A stretch of 64,000 nucleotides of DNA, from assembly GCF_009914755.1 (NCBI RefSeq), contig NC_060927.1. The stretch is one strand, 5' to 3'. The notes under the pieces were generated by a model that was given only the letters and a program-made list of their open reading frames with translations, was not told the origin of the DNA and made no database searches. Source of the stretch: the human T2T-CHM13v2.0 reference genome, Homo sapiens. Shown here piece by piece: positions 46,091-64,000 of this stretch. Position 1 is the stretch's first letter. Every line of letters begins with the position of its first letter. The position numbers and the translations under genes are program-made.

Positions 46091-49084
46091 AGCAAATATC
46101 TAAGTGACCACTTTCCTCACAGAAATGGGAGTTTTTAGGTGTAGCCTTGTGATTTCAGTAGCAAATCGGATGGGTGCTTTTCTCACAGGGCTGTGGTGAG
46201 AACTGATGTGAGGACGTCTATAAAAGTCCTTGAATATTTTCAAAGACACGAAAGATCTAAATTTTAAGTATTTAAGCAGCATGCAAGAAAAAAACAGTTG
46301 TTTTAGCACTTCTAATTATATTATCTTTCTAAGAATGATCTCAAGTGCTTATAAGGCTGCTAGGTGTTTTTTTTTTTTTGACTTGTAATTTTTGATTGTT
46401 TCAATAAACTTGATTTTCTGCACTGTTTCTCTTCTTATTAGGATAATTCTGGGTGTTTGTTTGTTTTTTTTTTTTTTTTTTGTCTTCTTTTGATCTGCTA
46501 ATACTGTCTTTAACATTGTTATATTTGGGAAATAATCCAAAGCAGCTAAGCTTACCTTGCTGCAAGAGGCAGAAGAGAATCATGGGCCACTAGGGCACCT
46601 TGTTTGGGGGCTCTGCAGGTTTATACAAGCTCATGCGTGCAGGTAGTGCTGCCTCTTGCCAGGTGAACACATCATCAGCAGTTTTCATTTGATGGTAAAT
46701 AATATCACCATTTTCTTTTCAAGTGATATTTGCAAGTTAACAAACTATGGATGAAGCAGCCCTAAGCCTATTACTTGTTTTCTCTCATTTGAGGACTTTA
46801 TTTGCCCAGGGCTCTTTGAATCCTAAATTACCCTCTAATTGCCAAAATGTAAAGGGGGAGCATTTTCCCTATAATTTCCTGAATTGATGAGTTCGTGTGG
46901 GAGCAGGTGAGTGAGAGTTGCTTTTGAAAATCTGACAGCACTGTATCCTGCTGCTGGGACAGGTCCCCTCCCTGTCTGGGCTCAGGGCTGCCCTTGTCTT
47001 CAGCCCCTTCTATGGATGGCTGCACTGATAGATGGAATCTCCTCGGGGAGCTTCATGGATCAGCCCTCTGTCCATTACCATGTAGCAGGATTATAATTTA
47101 TAGCCCCAGATGGTGACTCCCTACCCCACCACTCCCTATTTACTTCAGTAAAGCGGCAGAGGCATTAACTATTAAATTGCTTCCCTCTTTTTAAAATAAT
47201 TGATGTCATTTGCAAAGGGCTTTATATAAAAATACACGTACTTATTAAAACATTTTAGTAAGTAAAGTTTCATCAGTATATGAAGAACATTATGCATTGT
47301 AATAAAATATAAACAACCACATGGTCAGGCTTATTTTTCTTGGCATACTTCCATGTGGAAATGAGGTTTTGAGGCACGATTTCTGGTGAGATTCCTGGAT
47401 TTTCATAGGAGAGTGTCAGCTCTTTCTTTTTGGTAGATTATTAAAGCTTATGGAGCGACCTCTTACCTGGAAACCCGGATTATTTGCATCCCAGGGTCCT
47501 ACCAGAAAATATAACCTATAATTTTTAGTTACTCAATATTCTTGAAAGCTTGAGTGTGATAAATGATGCTCAAGGAAGAGTTCCCGAAGGAGATGCAATC
47601 CATCCCCTTCTGGATTAAATCAGATTTTCAAGAATTATTTACTTGGACTCTCCCTACTATAAGTGTTGCTTTTCTGGCATTTGGGGAATCTCACCTTGGG
47701 TGGACAGGTGCTCTTAAAAACGGTCCTAGGAAAGACGCCACTGTATTTGCTGGGAAGCTATTGTTGAGGCTACTTTATCCTCATTCTGGGTATATCAATG
47801 AAAGAAAAGCCTCTCGGGCCTTAGCACATACAAATTATTATTCATGGTAGTAGTATCACAATTTATTTATTTATTTATTGTCAGGGTTTTTTTTCTACAA
47901 ATTATTTTTATCTACTGGTTTTTGCTTTGGGTGGTTTTTTAAAACATTTTCTTTGTGTTGTTTCTTCACCTCTTTACCTATTACCATGTACATCTTTGTC
48001 TGGAGTCTGTGTCCTTTCTTCTAGTGTGTACTTTTAAAATTTAAGTCTGTTTAAGAAGTCAAGCTTATTATATCCAGTCTCATTATAAAATCATAATGTT
48101 CTCGCCTTTGAATTTTAGTATTTATTGTCTGTGCTGTTGAATTCTTAAGATCTCTAACATCTCCACGGTGTGAACCATGGACAGCATTTATTAGGACGTA
48201 GAGGCCAGATGATGCCTGGAAATCTTACTGTGTAATTTAATCCTGGGCGCTGTGTTGTTTGGCTTCATTGGACTCTGAGTGTGCATATATAATTATGTGC
48301 GCATGTGTAAAAAACCCAGCCCTGATAGGAAAGAGAGGGAGGAACATCATTAGCAGAGATTAGATTTGTCTCTCCAGCTGGGCAATGTGCCTCTGAATTC
48401 CAAGGGCTTTCCCCAGTGTAAATTATTAGACTGACTCAGCTGCTGTTCAATTCCCCCCTGGCTGAACTGCTTTTGCTAATACTGTTAAGCTGTGGCCCAG
48501 GAGACAAAACGTCCTGAGGTACTAGATATATCTGACGCATGCAAAAGGCAAAACCTCCCTATTTCTCATATTTAGAAGATACTGGTATATAGTCTTCCCA
48601 AATCAAAAAATAAAAGGCAAAATGGAGATAAGAAAAACCGTGCCAAACCTCAGCTATACATAGAGTGCTTTGGAAATTGTTAGTAGACTGAAATAATTTC
48701 TATCTAGCTAAAGTAGATAGGCGTAATCTAATCAAAAGAGTTTAATTCAGATCAGTTGAGAGTATCTGACTTTAGATCTGCTGCTGTTCGGAAATTGCTG
48801 AAGTCTAAACAAATTAACCCCACTCTGAACCAACATACATCTCCTTGATTGATTCAGGGCCACAGAGTGGTCTTTTCTGAATTTCTTCAGAGGTGATAAT
48901 ACACTAACATTTATGAAAACTTGAACTTTTTAAATATAGCATGAAGCATAAGGCACAACATAATGTACATACTTATTAATTGGTTGAATAGAATTTATGG
49001 CTATAGTAAATGCTCTGTTTTAGTTTTTTTCCATTCACAATTAGGACTATGTGTATGTTGTACTAATGTAATTCAAAAAGATAT

Positions 49085-49240
49085 GGTGAGGTGATGGATA
49101 TGCTAATTAACTTGATTGTGGTAATCATCACAATGTACATATATCTCAAAACATCACACTGTACAATTTTTGTCAATTTATTTTTTACTGTAAATATAAT
49201 TTTTATTTGTCAGTTATACCTCAGTAAAGCTGGAAAACAA
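49085..49240 (+). mobile_element. L1M 3' UTR fragment
   Basis: GAGGTGATGGATATGCTAATTAACTTGATTGTGG...TTATACCTCAGTAAAGCTGG. Confidence 0.8.
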
Positions 49241-50075
49241 AAACAAGAAGACATGATATCTTTCCTCTATGGTTTTATTACCGAAAATGGCCAACTTATA
49301 TATACAGATAAACCTAATGGCTGGTTTATCCATCACAGGTCAGGAGAATAAATGAAATGCATAGATAATATAGAAGCTGTAATCAGGTAATTATTTATAT
49401 CTTTCTTTAAAAAGTCACAGTTTTGTTATCAACTCTATTAACAAGTAGCAAAATTATCTGACCTAAGGTTTGCTTTTTTCCCCCTCCTTCCTTTCCTTTT
49501 ACTTTGGAGAAGGTGCTGAAGAATAGGACTAAAATATAAAGAACAAGGACATCAGATAACAATGGGATCATTTAATGATCAATTTTTAGGACTGTAAAAT
49601 GCCCAGCACAGTGCCTAGGCACTCAGCAAGTGATACCTGCCACTACCACTGCCATTAACATTATCTGCAGCAGTAGCAGCCATACTTACACTCTGCATAA
49701 ACAGTAGCCTGGATAGTGCGTGAGTGTAAGATTAAATACTGGAAATAGATAAGAACTTATTACCTTACCTGTGATTAGTGAAGACTTTATAAAGAGGGGA
49801 AATTTTAAACACAAAAGATCAAGGAAACAAAACCTGTTTTCAGTAAGCAGAAAATAGCATTGTAAGAACAGATGAAGGTGTCAGCATTTCTCTAAGAGGA
49901 ACTCTTTTGTGGTCCCCACTGCCAGTGAAGGCAGGGAGGAAAGCACAGTGATGGAGATGAGATCAATTCTGGGGGCAAATTGATGGCAAAGTTTACACTT
50001 GAGCGTGAGAGCTGGTTTACATACGTCAGGCTATGGAAACGGAATGGATTGTCCTTAAAAGTTGGGGTTGGCAAT

Positions 50076-50555
50076 CAGACCAGCTTCATGGGTATGTAAC
50101 CTATGCAGTTGCACAGGGACCCACGCTTGGTTTAATTTTTTAAAAATTTTTTCAAGATAGAATCTTGCTCTGTCACCTAGGCTGGAGTGTAGTAGCTTAA
50201 TATTGGCTCTCTGCAACCTCAGCCTTCTGGGTTCAAGTGATTCTCCTGCCTCAACCTCCCAAATAGGTGGGATTACAGGTGCCCGCCACCACGCCCGGCT
50301 AATTTTTGTATTTTTAGTACAGATGGGGTTTCACCATGTTGGCCAGGCTGGTCTCAAACTCCTGACCTCAGGTGATCCGCCCGCCTCGCCTCGGCCTCCC
50401 AAAGTGTTGGGATTACAGGCATGAGCCACCGCGCGCAGCCCTATGCTTGGTTTAATACTCTGTTATCTCCATCTTGAAATTCTTAATAATTCTTAAACAA
50501 GGGGTCTTTCATTTTTTAGTTTGTACTGGCCCTGCAAATTTTGTAGCCCATCCTA
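50076..50555. mobile_element. MER45A (hAT-Tip100) split by an AluS (50135-50440, - strand)
   Basis: CAGCTTCATGGG...GCACAGGG...GCTTGGTTTAAT; TSD (C/T)GCTTGGTTTAAT. Confidence 0.75.
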
Positions 50556-50899
50556 CTGGCAATGTATAAAATTGTAAGTTCTTAGTTGATGTTCTCACTA
50601 GCAATGCATTTCAGTACATTGAATATTTCTTGTGTCATGCCTTTTTTTGCTCTAAGGCCAGCATGCTTATTTCTACCTGACTACTGTTAGATTTCTAGAA
50701 GTGGTTCTGAAGAATGTGTCCCTGCCAATGAATGACTTAAGAGAAACTCAGCCTCAATTTTATGCCATCAAACAATGTTATTTTGCTATTAAGGTATATA
50801 TGCATTATTTAATGTAATCGCATAAATTCAGAAACTACACATTTGCACATTCCAATTACTGTGGTCTTGAACAAAAGCTTTCTGATCATTGCATAAGTA

Positions 50900-51478
50900 A
50901 TGAGTAATGTTTTCTATGAGGCCAAATTCTTTTGATCAAAGAAAAGAGACTCGTTAGCCCAGCATTCAAAACCTTTTATGATGTGGCACCACCCTATAGT
51001 TACAGCAGTGCTGATCACTGTTCTGTATGCACCTTATGTTCCAGCTCTTCCAGACTGTTTGCTATTCTTGGAAAATGCTATTTATTTTCTTGCCCTCCAT
51101 TCTTTTCTTTGCGCAGTTCTTTTGGCCAGAATATATGTCTTCTTCCAGACAGCAGCCTCATCTCTCTCCATCCTTCACTCGTTCTTCACTGGTGTAACTC
51201 TGATTCTTTCTTCAAGGCCTCACTTTCTTGCTCAAATGTCTCTTTTTCTGTGAAGTTTTCTCTGGTAACTCAATCATAGTTGCTGCTTCCCTTGCTGTGC
51301 TTATACTGTGCTTGAAGGCTAAAGTCTGCCTTACATTGTACTTGCTTACTTGCTTATCTGACACACTAGTTTGTATGCTCCTTGAGGGTAGGACTATCTG
51401 ACCGGGTCTATTCCATCATCCATGGCATCATAACGTGATGTCTGGCACATGCTCAATACATGTTTACTGAGTGAGGGA
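50900..51478 (+). mobile_element. L2 3' portion
   Basis: GCTCCTTGAGGGTAGGACT...TGGCACATGCTCAATACATGTTTACTGAGTGAG. Confidence 0.65.
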
Positions 51479-53428
51479 ACTGGAAAAGCACTGAGTGTTA
51501 ATTCTCTAAAGTGAAACAGCTAGTTGACGTCAGTTGATCTTGTTAGAAATAGTTTTGACTTTTAGAAGCATTTTTGTAAGAGAGAAATAATAAAAGCAGG
51601 GCTGTCAGTGGGAATGAGGCCCCCTAGAATTATACAATGTCACGACCCTGGGTGAAAGAGTAGTAAGAGTTCAATATCAGAAGAGTTTAAAAGGATTGGA
51701 AGGTCCCAGAGTAGCCAGGAAAAATTACCTAAAACAGTTTGAAGTCAGAAAAACAGGAAGCCCAGGGTGCCACTTGACTCTTAATTTAGCCCTTCCTAGC
51801 CGGCAATTTAGTTCCCAGCCATTCTTTTTGTAGCACCTTCCTTAATTAAATTGTACTGCCATGTCAAGAAAAGCCTTGAAATAAAGCCAGTAACATGGAA
51901 GGCATATTTAGAAGTATGCTAAGTGCATTTTTATGCTAACACTTTAACTCTCAAACTAAATTCTAGCTATTGTGCAATTTAAGTCTTCTCTCTTGATTCT
52001 TTTGTAAGAAAGAAAGAGGGAATAAATCAGAATCTGAATCTGAATCTACTGGGATTAAAAAATAATCAGACTATTCTCTGAGCTTGTCTGTAACCACAGC
52101 CAAGCATGCCTTCTAATTTTGTCAAATGGGATTAGACATATGTAGGCTAAGGGAAAAAGCCACTAATCCCAAAGCCTAGATGGTACAAAGTATTGTAGAT
52201 GGCTTAATTTCTAAGATTTTGGTACTATTCTAGCCCTATTGTCATTTCAGTTATTATGTGAAGAAGGTCATTTAACAGACTATATGTAAGGATTTTGTGA
52301 TTTTTCCCATAGGTATTTAATAATGACTTATTTTCATATTTTAAATTTTGGTGCTCAATTCATTTTCGTCTTCTGAGATTGAATGGATGCCCTATTGCAA
52401 TAACTATTCTCACTAATGAACCGGCTTGTTTTCATGCTAGGCAAGTAAAAAGGGGATCTGTGGAAAAAAGCCTTGAAATGAAAGCCAGAAATCATAGAGT
52501 GGGGCTGGATCATTCCAGAAGAGATGTGGGGTATATTCTCACAACATTTTTATCCAGTAAAATAAAGATTAAAATTTTATATTAAAAGCATGCCTAGAAA
52601 GAAAAGAAAATTACAAAAGAACAGTAGAAACTCTAAAGATTATATGGGAAGGACACTCTAAGTTGATTTGCCTCAGTAAATGACGGAAATTGTACATGAG
52701 CTGATTATCTATTTGTCTGTGAACCTTGGATATAAATAATGTTTCTTTTTTAAACCATTTTTTGCCACCACCAGACCCTAGATCTTGAGCCTTAACCCAC
52801 CTCCACTTTCTGGAGTGGGAATCTCTAAGGTTGGCTTTCAGATTCTAAAGATATGTAATCGTGACTGTGCTAAACTCTTACCTCATTTTGCTGTCTAGAC
52901 CTATGATTATTAATTTTCATTTGGAAACACTCAGGGGTACCTCTGTCTCAAATGGTGCTAAAGGATTCTAAATACAAAATTAACTCTATATACACAAAAT
53001 AGAACGTTATAACTATAAAGCAGAGTGACTGCATTTTAACAAAGTTTGCCACACCATGCGCAATTAAATGGATTTTGTCAAAGACTTCTTAAGTGTCTTT
53101 GACAAAGTATCAGGAAAAGTATCAGTGTCCAGCAGCTTGTTGATGCCTTCTGGTGATTCTACTATTGCTCAGGACAGCGTGGGGACTTTAGCTTCAGAGT
53201 GCGTTTTGCCAATTTCAGCGGTGGAATTAAGGGGGAAGAAAGCTCAAGTGTGTTCCCTCTTCCCCACACCTTGCCCCTATTAATCAGTTCCCACACCTGG
53301 CCCCTATTATTTGGTTTCTGTCCTTATAGTGTTGTCTTTTCTGTAAATGGATTTCATATAAATGGAATTATACAATATGTAGCCTTTTGTCTTTGCTCAT
53401 TTTAGATTTCCTTGTAGAATTTTGAGAA

Positions 53429-53590
53429 TTTTTTTTTTTTTTTTTTTTTTTTTGAGTGTGGGTCTTGCTTTGTCACCAAGGCTGGAGTGAGGGGGCATGG
53501 TCATAGCTCACTGTAGCCTTGAACTCCTGCGCTCAAGTGATCCTCCCACCTCGGCCTCCCAAAATACTGGGATTACAGGTGTGAGCCACT
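53429..53590 (-). mobile_element. Alu monomer (FLAM-like)
   Basis: Single arm with T-tract. Confidence 0.8.
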
Positions 53591-53840
53591 TTTTTTTTCT
53601 GCCTTACTTTTATCTTAGTAGCGTCTGGCATGGGCAGAGCAGAGATAAAATGTTTATGTTCAACCTATCACATTTAACTAGAAATCTTGTTTAATAGTTT
53701 TACAGGAAAAAAATCAGAAAGTGGGAGTATAGAGTGAAATCTTCCAATTTTGCAGTTGAAATCAAACTTATTTCATGAGAGAAACCATTTGAAGCTTTCA
53801 GGGTCTTATTTATGGTAAGCTCTCAATAAAATGCCAATTC

Positions 53841-54142
53841 GGCCAGGTGCGGTGGCTCACACCTGTAATCCCAGCCTGTAATCCCCTTGGGAGGCTGAGG
53901 CGGGTGGATCTCTTGAGGTCAGGAGTTTGAGACCAGCCTGGCCAACATGGTGAAATGCCATCTCCTCTAAAAGTACAAAAATTAGCCGGGCATGGTGGCG
54001 CATGCCTGTGATCCCAGCTACTCAGGAGGCTGAGGCAGAAGAATCACTTGAACTCTGATGGTATAGGTTGCAGTGAGCCGAAATCATGCCACTGCACTCC
54101 AGCCTGGAAAACAGAGTGAGACTCCATCTTAAAAAAAAAAAA
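53841..54142 (+). mobile_element. AluS with an internal CCTGTAATCCC duplication
   Basis: CCTGTAATCCCAGCCTGTAATCCCC. Confidence 0.9.
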
Positions 54143-54644
54143 GAAGCCGATTAGTTTGATTTGCATCTACAACAACCCCAAAAGGGAGGTTTAGTATATC
54201 CTGTATACAAGTGAGGCAACTAGAATTCAGAATATTTACATAACTGTCAAAGACTTCACAGCAGATAAGTGGCTAGGAATCAAACAAGGTATTTCTGATT
54301 TGAAAACCTGCACTCTTTGCAATTACAGCACATCATAAGCATTATGTAATAAACATGGGACAACAACTATTTATAATATACCAGGCTTCATTACGATCTG
54401 ATTTATTACAGTCCTAGGGCAACCTTGCACTAATGGGAGGTTAGTCATGAAATTTGCTCTGTGTGCTGTTTTTGGCCAACTCACTACCACATTGGGCATC
54501 ATCAGAAGGCGTCTACCAATGAAATGTATAAATAAATAAATATATATGTATATAAAAAGGTGGACTAGAGTTGGACATAGATCAAACAAGGGCAACTGAG
54601 ATGATTCAAGGAGCGTGTGTCCTGCCTTAGAATTGCAGACTGGA

Positions 54645-54940
54645 GGCCAGGCCTGGTGGCTCATGCCTGTCATCCCAGCACTTTGGGAGGCCAAAGCAGG
54701 CAGATCACTTGAGGTCAGGAGTTCAAGAGCAGCCTGGCCAATATGGTGAAACCCCGTCTCTACCAAAAATACAAAAATTAGCCAGGCGTGGTGGTGTGTG
54801 CCTGTAGTCCCAGCTACTTGGGAGTCTGAGGCAGAAGAATTGTTTGAACCCAGGAGGCGGAGGTCACAGTGAACTGAGGTCACACCACTGCACTCCAGCC
54901 TGGGCTACAGAGCGAGACCCTGTCTCTAATTAATTAATTT
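54645..54940 (+). mobile_element. AluS
   Basis: Full Alu. Confidence 0.9.
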
Positions 54941-54954
54941 AAAATAAGCTTAAT

Positions 54955-56508
<1,554 letters not shown>

Positions 56509-57323
56509 GGTTCAGCATATGAATAAGATTCTTTCATGGAATATTAAGAGAAGTAAGTGATGTTTATGTTATACCCATTCCTTTTGTAAACAGATGTCAC
56601 AAAAAACAATGACTCCCCCTTCAAAGCTATCATCGGAAGCAAAGTGTTAGGTAAAAGGGCCCTTGGTTTTTCCTGGCTTCTTCAAGTAGAGTTGTCTTTT
56701 CTTGTCCTTACTTTATGAGATGTCCTAACTGTAGATTATACCATGATTCAAGAACAGCTAGACATGCATACACATGAATTTGCAATCAGTTATTTAGAAC
56801 ACAGAAAAAAAAATCAGAAAATGAAGGGAAAAACATTTGCACATAGCCAGAATGTACGTCACAAAACCCATGTACAAAACCTCACAGTTTACTCATATGA
56901 AGAGTCATCAAGCCTTTGTACAAAATCTTATTACTGTTATTTTGCACACAGTTCTAACATGTTTGGGCACATGGTTTCCAAGCCCATGACAAATACTGAC
57001 TTCTCAGGTAGATTTGCTGGACATACCACCTACTCAGGGAAATTTATTGAGAGCTATGAAATTGACATTTAATTAAACAACTAATACCAGACATTGAAAC
57101 AACAGAAAATTCAAATTAAGCAAACAAGTACAATAATAAAACAATCATTAGCATTTCAGAAGGATTCTTCATTTTGCAAGTAGATTTATCAGTGATACTT
57201 CAAATAGTAATTTCTATTAGTGATTTTTAAATGTTATTTTAAAAATGTGATTTATATGCAACTTTTTAGGAGCACTTAATGAAACCATGTGCACTTGTAA
57301 TGAATTCAAATTATGATTCCTAA

Positions 57324-57642
<319 letters not shown>

Positions 57643-57680
57643 TAAATATGTCTTTAAATTCTACCTTTGTAATATTAACC

Positions 57681-57875
57681 TTTGTATTGAGGGACTACAT
57701 ATTGTTTTCTGTCACAAATAGTTTATTATTTTGCATTTATTTTTCTTTCCATTAGAACTGTCTTATATATTTATCATTTGTATTGAGAGACTACATATTG
57801 TTTTCTGTCACAAATAGTTTATTATTTTACATTTATTTTTCTTTCCATTAGAACTGTCTTATATATTTATCATTT
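57681..57875. repeat. 96-bp tandem duplication (2 mismatches)
   Basis: Copies at 57681-57776 and 57777-57872. Confidence 0.95.
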
Positions 57876-58867
57876 TTTAGCACTTAGAATCAATAATTAA
57901 TATTTATTGATGTTCTTCCTTGTCATCCTCATTTTGGACAGATGGGATTTATCTAGGATCCTTTAGCAGTCTGCAAATTTCAGCTATATATTGGGAGTAG
58001 AAATTGAAACTACCCTCAATGAATAATTAAACAATGGGTATGGATTACACTCTAGCACAGAGTCATTCCAAAACAGTGACATAAGACAAGTGAAAAATGG
58101 CCAATCTTTGACAATTTCAAATTTCTATTGTTGGTAAAGCTCAAAATGTTCTATCACACATTTTCTAGAGTATCATCTTGATTGAATCATTACTTTAAAA
58201 ATTAAAGCTCAGGACTACTTCTGTGAGCAAAAACAACAGTAAGTCACAAGAAATGTAAAAGTCTAAAACAATAGGATCTCTCACTAATTTGGCTTTAGTT
58301 ACTGCTCTATTAAAATTCGACATTGGATCCAGAGTCAGGAGTGCTTTGTTCATCCTGGAGCTTTTGTCCTGGTTATCTGTAATACAGTCTCCTCTGAGAA
58401 GTGACACATACTTCTGGTGATTTGGTAAAACTTCTGTTCCTATTCACCTTTTCCTCCATTAGCCCTCCCCTAGGTTTCTGCCTTTCACCTACACTAGTGC
58501 TATGATTAGGAGCTTCAAGGAATGATGGTAGCAGTAATCTAATTTCATTTTTTAGATTCTCCACAAATGAACCTACTTAGATATTGAAAATTATTCCTCT
58601 GGTTCCTTTTAGACACACAGCTATGATTCCTTGGACAGTCTTTTAAAAGATAAAATCCCCAATTCAGTTTGATCCTGATGAACCATCATTAGAATGAGCT
58701 ATACTTAAATCATTCACAAATATTACTAAAACATGGTTGCAAACCTGTCATATTAAAGAAGGTAGTGGAGTACTGTGCAGTTAGCAAATCCCCATGTACG
58801 AAGGGAGCCACAATGTTGGTTAATCCTTACAACAGACCAATCTATTAATATGAATAAAGCGCATAGA

Positions 58868-59466
<599 letters not shown>

Positions 59467-59604
59467 TTATCTTTAGTTATTGCTAAGAATTCATACCTTT
59501 CATCCAAGTTTGGAACCTAAGTTCAAGGTAAAATATGAGCCTATTCCATATTTTTCTGACCTAGACCTTTTTTAGTTAAACAGAAGCCCATTATAATATC
59601 GACA

Positions 59605-59840
59605 ATACAGTGTTGTGGTTAAGGGCTCAGGCTCTGGTGCTGGAGTGGAACTGGGTTCAATTCCTGTCTTCGCCACTTAGTAGCTGTGAGTCATTTAGCC
59701 TATCTGTGCCCCAATTTTTCACCAATTATTGTCAAGGGGTAATAATAATACCTTTCCCAAAGGGTTGATGTGAGGATTAGATAAGTTAATATGGGAAACG
59801 TGTTTAGAGCGGTTTCACATAATCTCAATAAATGTTGTTA
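59605..59840 (+). mobile_element. MIR
   Basis: GTGGTTAAGGGCTCAGGCTCTGG...CTGGGTTCAATTCC...GTGAGGATTAGATAAG. Confidence 0.75.
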
Positions 59841-60439
59841 ATACGTTATCACATTGCTATGTGTGAGTGTAAAGTCTTCTCATCCAAAAAAATTGAATTC
59901 CACCATATTATATCAGGTTCTGCACTAGGTGCTGAGGCTAGACGGTGGGAAAAGAAAAAGGACAAGGTACAGAGATAAACAATGTTTGATTCTACTCTTA
60001 CAAACTTATGAGACTTAGTTGTTTATCTTGAAAAATAGAAGGCATGGCCCAGTCACTGCTCCCTCCGAACTTGAACCATCTATGATTCTACCATTCTTAA
60101 GAAAGGCCTGAAAAAGCAACGCAAGGATAGCAGAAGGACTTTGGATGGCCTCTTGCCTACCAAGTATATCTAGGACTTGCCCAGGAACAGGGTGTAGAAT
60201 CTGCAGCTTTGTGAGAACTTTCATATATGTCATTGGAAGTCGAAGTCTGTTACTGATGCTCTTCAACAGCCCTAAATATTAAACTGGCAATGAATTATTT
60301 GATTTTAATGTATAGTATAAAATAAGTATAGAATGTATTATATATTAATATCTCTAGTTATATTTTACTGTCCAACTAAACAATCCAAATACTGACAATG
60401 AATTTAATGAGAAAAGAAAATTTCCATAATATAATTTCA

Positions 60440-60589
<150 letters not shown>

Positions 60590-60640
60590 TTAAAAGACTT
60601 TTCCTCCTTTCTCACTTGCTTAGAGTCATGAAGCTCCTGA

Positions 60641-61045
<405 letters not shown>

Positions 61046-61137
61046 TAAAGCATAAGCAATGTTTTCCTAGAGATATTTTCTTGAATCAATGAAATCATCT
61101 CCTAATTTAACATCACAGTATTAAAACCAGAAGGGTT

Positions 61138-61514
<377 letters not shown>

Positions 61515-62209
61515 TAGAACCTTCCTTTTTATGTGTGCAATTTAATTAAAACCTAGAATGTAAAAATAACTGCTGTAATTAAAGACAAAGGAAATGAAAT
61601 ATGAAAAAGAAGTTGCATACATTTGGGATTTTTGTCTCCTATTTTCCATCTTGCTTTCACCCTTTTGATCTGGTATCTCACTGTTTATTGATTCTTTGTG
61701 CTTTCATTTATAATACCAAATAAATGTTACAAGCTCAGCTTGCCTCAGTTTCTATATATATCAACCCGTTCCCCTCTTCTTAGCTCTCTTTTCTCATCTT
61801 ATCACTTTCCTAAGGAAAAGCTTACTTGTCTTTTCCTTGCCCTTCTTTTTATTCCCCTTGATTTCACATATATATTGAGCATATTGACATATATCTGTTT
61901 ATTCTAATTTTTCTAGTTAAAGATTTGCATAGCTAACAAATATTGAGGGTAAATGTGTTTTTTTATATATACTATCTCGTATAATCATCTACTCTATGAG
62001 GTGGATTCTGTTGTTACTACTAATTATAGATGACAAAATTGAGGCTTAGAGAGAGTTATGGCGAGGTTAGTGATTACAATTTGAATCCAGGTCTATCTTC
62101 CTCTAGTGCCTTCTCTCTTAAGCCCTTACAATATTGCTCTCAATATGATGAAGTACATCTGAATACAGACTGGACAAGAAATAACTTTAAAGTGTATATA
62201 ATAGCACTA

Positions 62210-62491
62210 TTTTTTTGAGACGGCCTTGCTATGTTGTTCAGACTGGAGTACAGTGGCGCAATCATGGCTCACTGCAGCTTAGACCCTCTGGGCTCAAGTG
62301 ATCCTCAGCCTAGTAAGTAGTTGGGCCTACAGGCACATGCCACCATGCCCAGCTATTTTTTTTTTTTTTTTTGTAGTAACAGGGTCTCACTGTGTTGCCC
62401 AGGCTGGTCTTGAACTCCTGGGCTCAAGCAATCCTCCCACCTCAGCCTCCCAAAGTGCTGGGAGTACAGGCATGAGCCACCTTGCCCAGCT
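62210..62491 (-). mobile_element. AluJ
   Basis: CTGGGCTCAAG motif in both arms. Confidence 0.85.
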
Positions 62492-62948
62492 ATAAACCAA
62501 ATTCTTTAAAAATAATTTTATTTTTATTTTTTCTTTTAAATTTTGGGTTTAATAATAATTTTTAAACCATTTCAATTCTTGTTCTCCTAAACTATGTATC
62601 TTAGGAGAGTCCTAGAGTTCCAAAAAAGAGAGGAAATGGTCACAAAATAAAAGGAAAAGAAAAGAAGGAAAGAGACTAGCATTTAATGAATGCTTACTGT
62701 ATACTTAGCATCTTGTCAGGGACCAACTTAAGTTCATAGTTCCACATATTCTGTAATCTTCCTTTTTAAAAAAATAGGGTATTTCTTTATCTTCTACTTT
62801 TCCATGAACAACTGTCTTGCTCATAGTTCCTGAAGATAATTATTTACCAAAGGTTGTTTTTGTAATCCTAAATGCAAGAGTTTTGATGCCTTCACATGTA
62901 ATTCATCTGGACCTTAGAACTTGGAAATAATCAAAACACTGATATATG

Positions 62949-64000
<1,052 letters not shown>

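Noticed and set aside
51525-51532. Second perfect CRE (TGACGTCA)
   Set aside because: Isolated 8-mer beside an L2 end with no supporting motif cluster.

Overview
Repeat-dense primate (almost certainly human) genomic DNA with no intact protein-coding exon. A promoter and non-coding first exon lie at ~8.5-8.9 kb (+ strand; two CCAAT boxes, GC box, CRE, splice donor at 8916), followed by a long intron. From memory of the exon sequence and its ~54 kb spacing to an RPL4 processed pseudogene (63-64 kb, - strand), this is probably MAP3K13/LZK intron 1 with RPL4P4 on 3q27; this was not database-checked. The most notable feature is a ~5.9 kb HERV-H (19365-25249, - strand) that is not a provirus. It has the structure of the viral RNA (R-U5...U3-R), with a poly(A) tail 15 nt after AATAAA, an ~11-bp target-site duplication at a TTTT/GA L1-endonuclease-type site, an extra 5' G at the cap site and a Phe-like aberrant PBS, which points to an L1-mobilised full-length retrocopy. 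Also present: repeated L1-endonuclease use of one site, multi-level nested insertions, a probable twin-primed L1, a Ya5-lineage Alu, tandem duplications, more than 30 Alus and many DNA-transposon, LTR, L2 and MIR relics. Subfamily names are by-eye calls.
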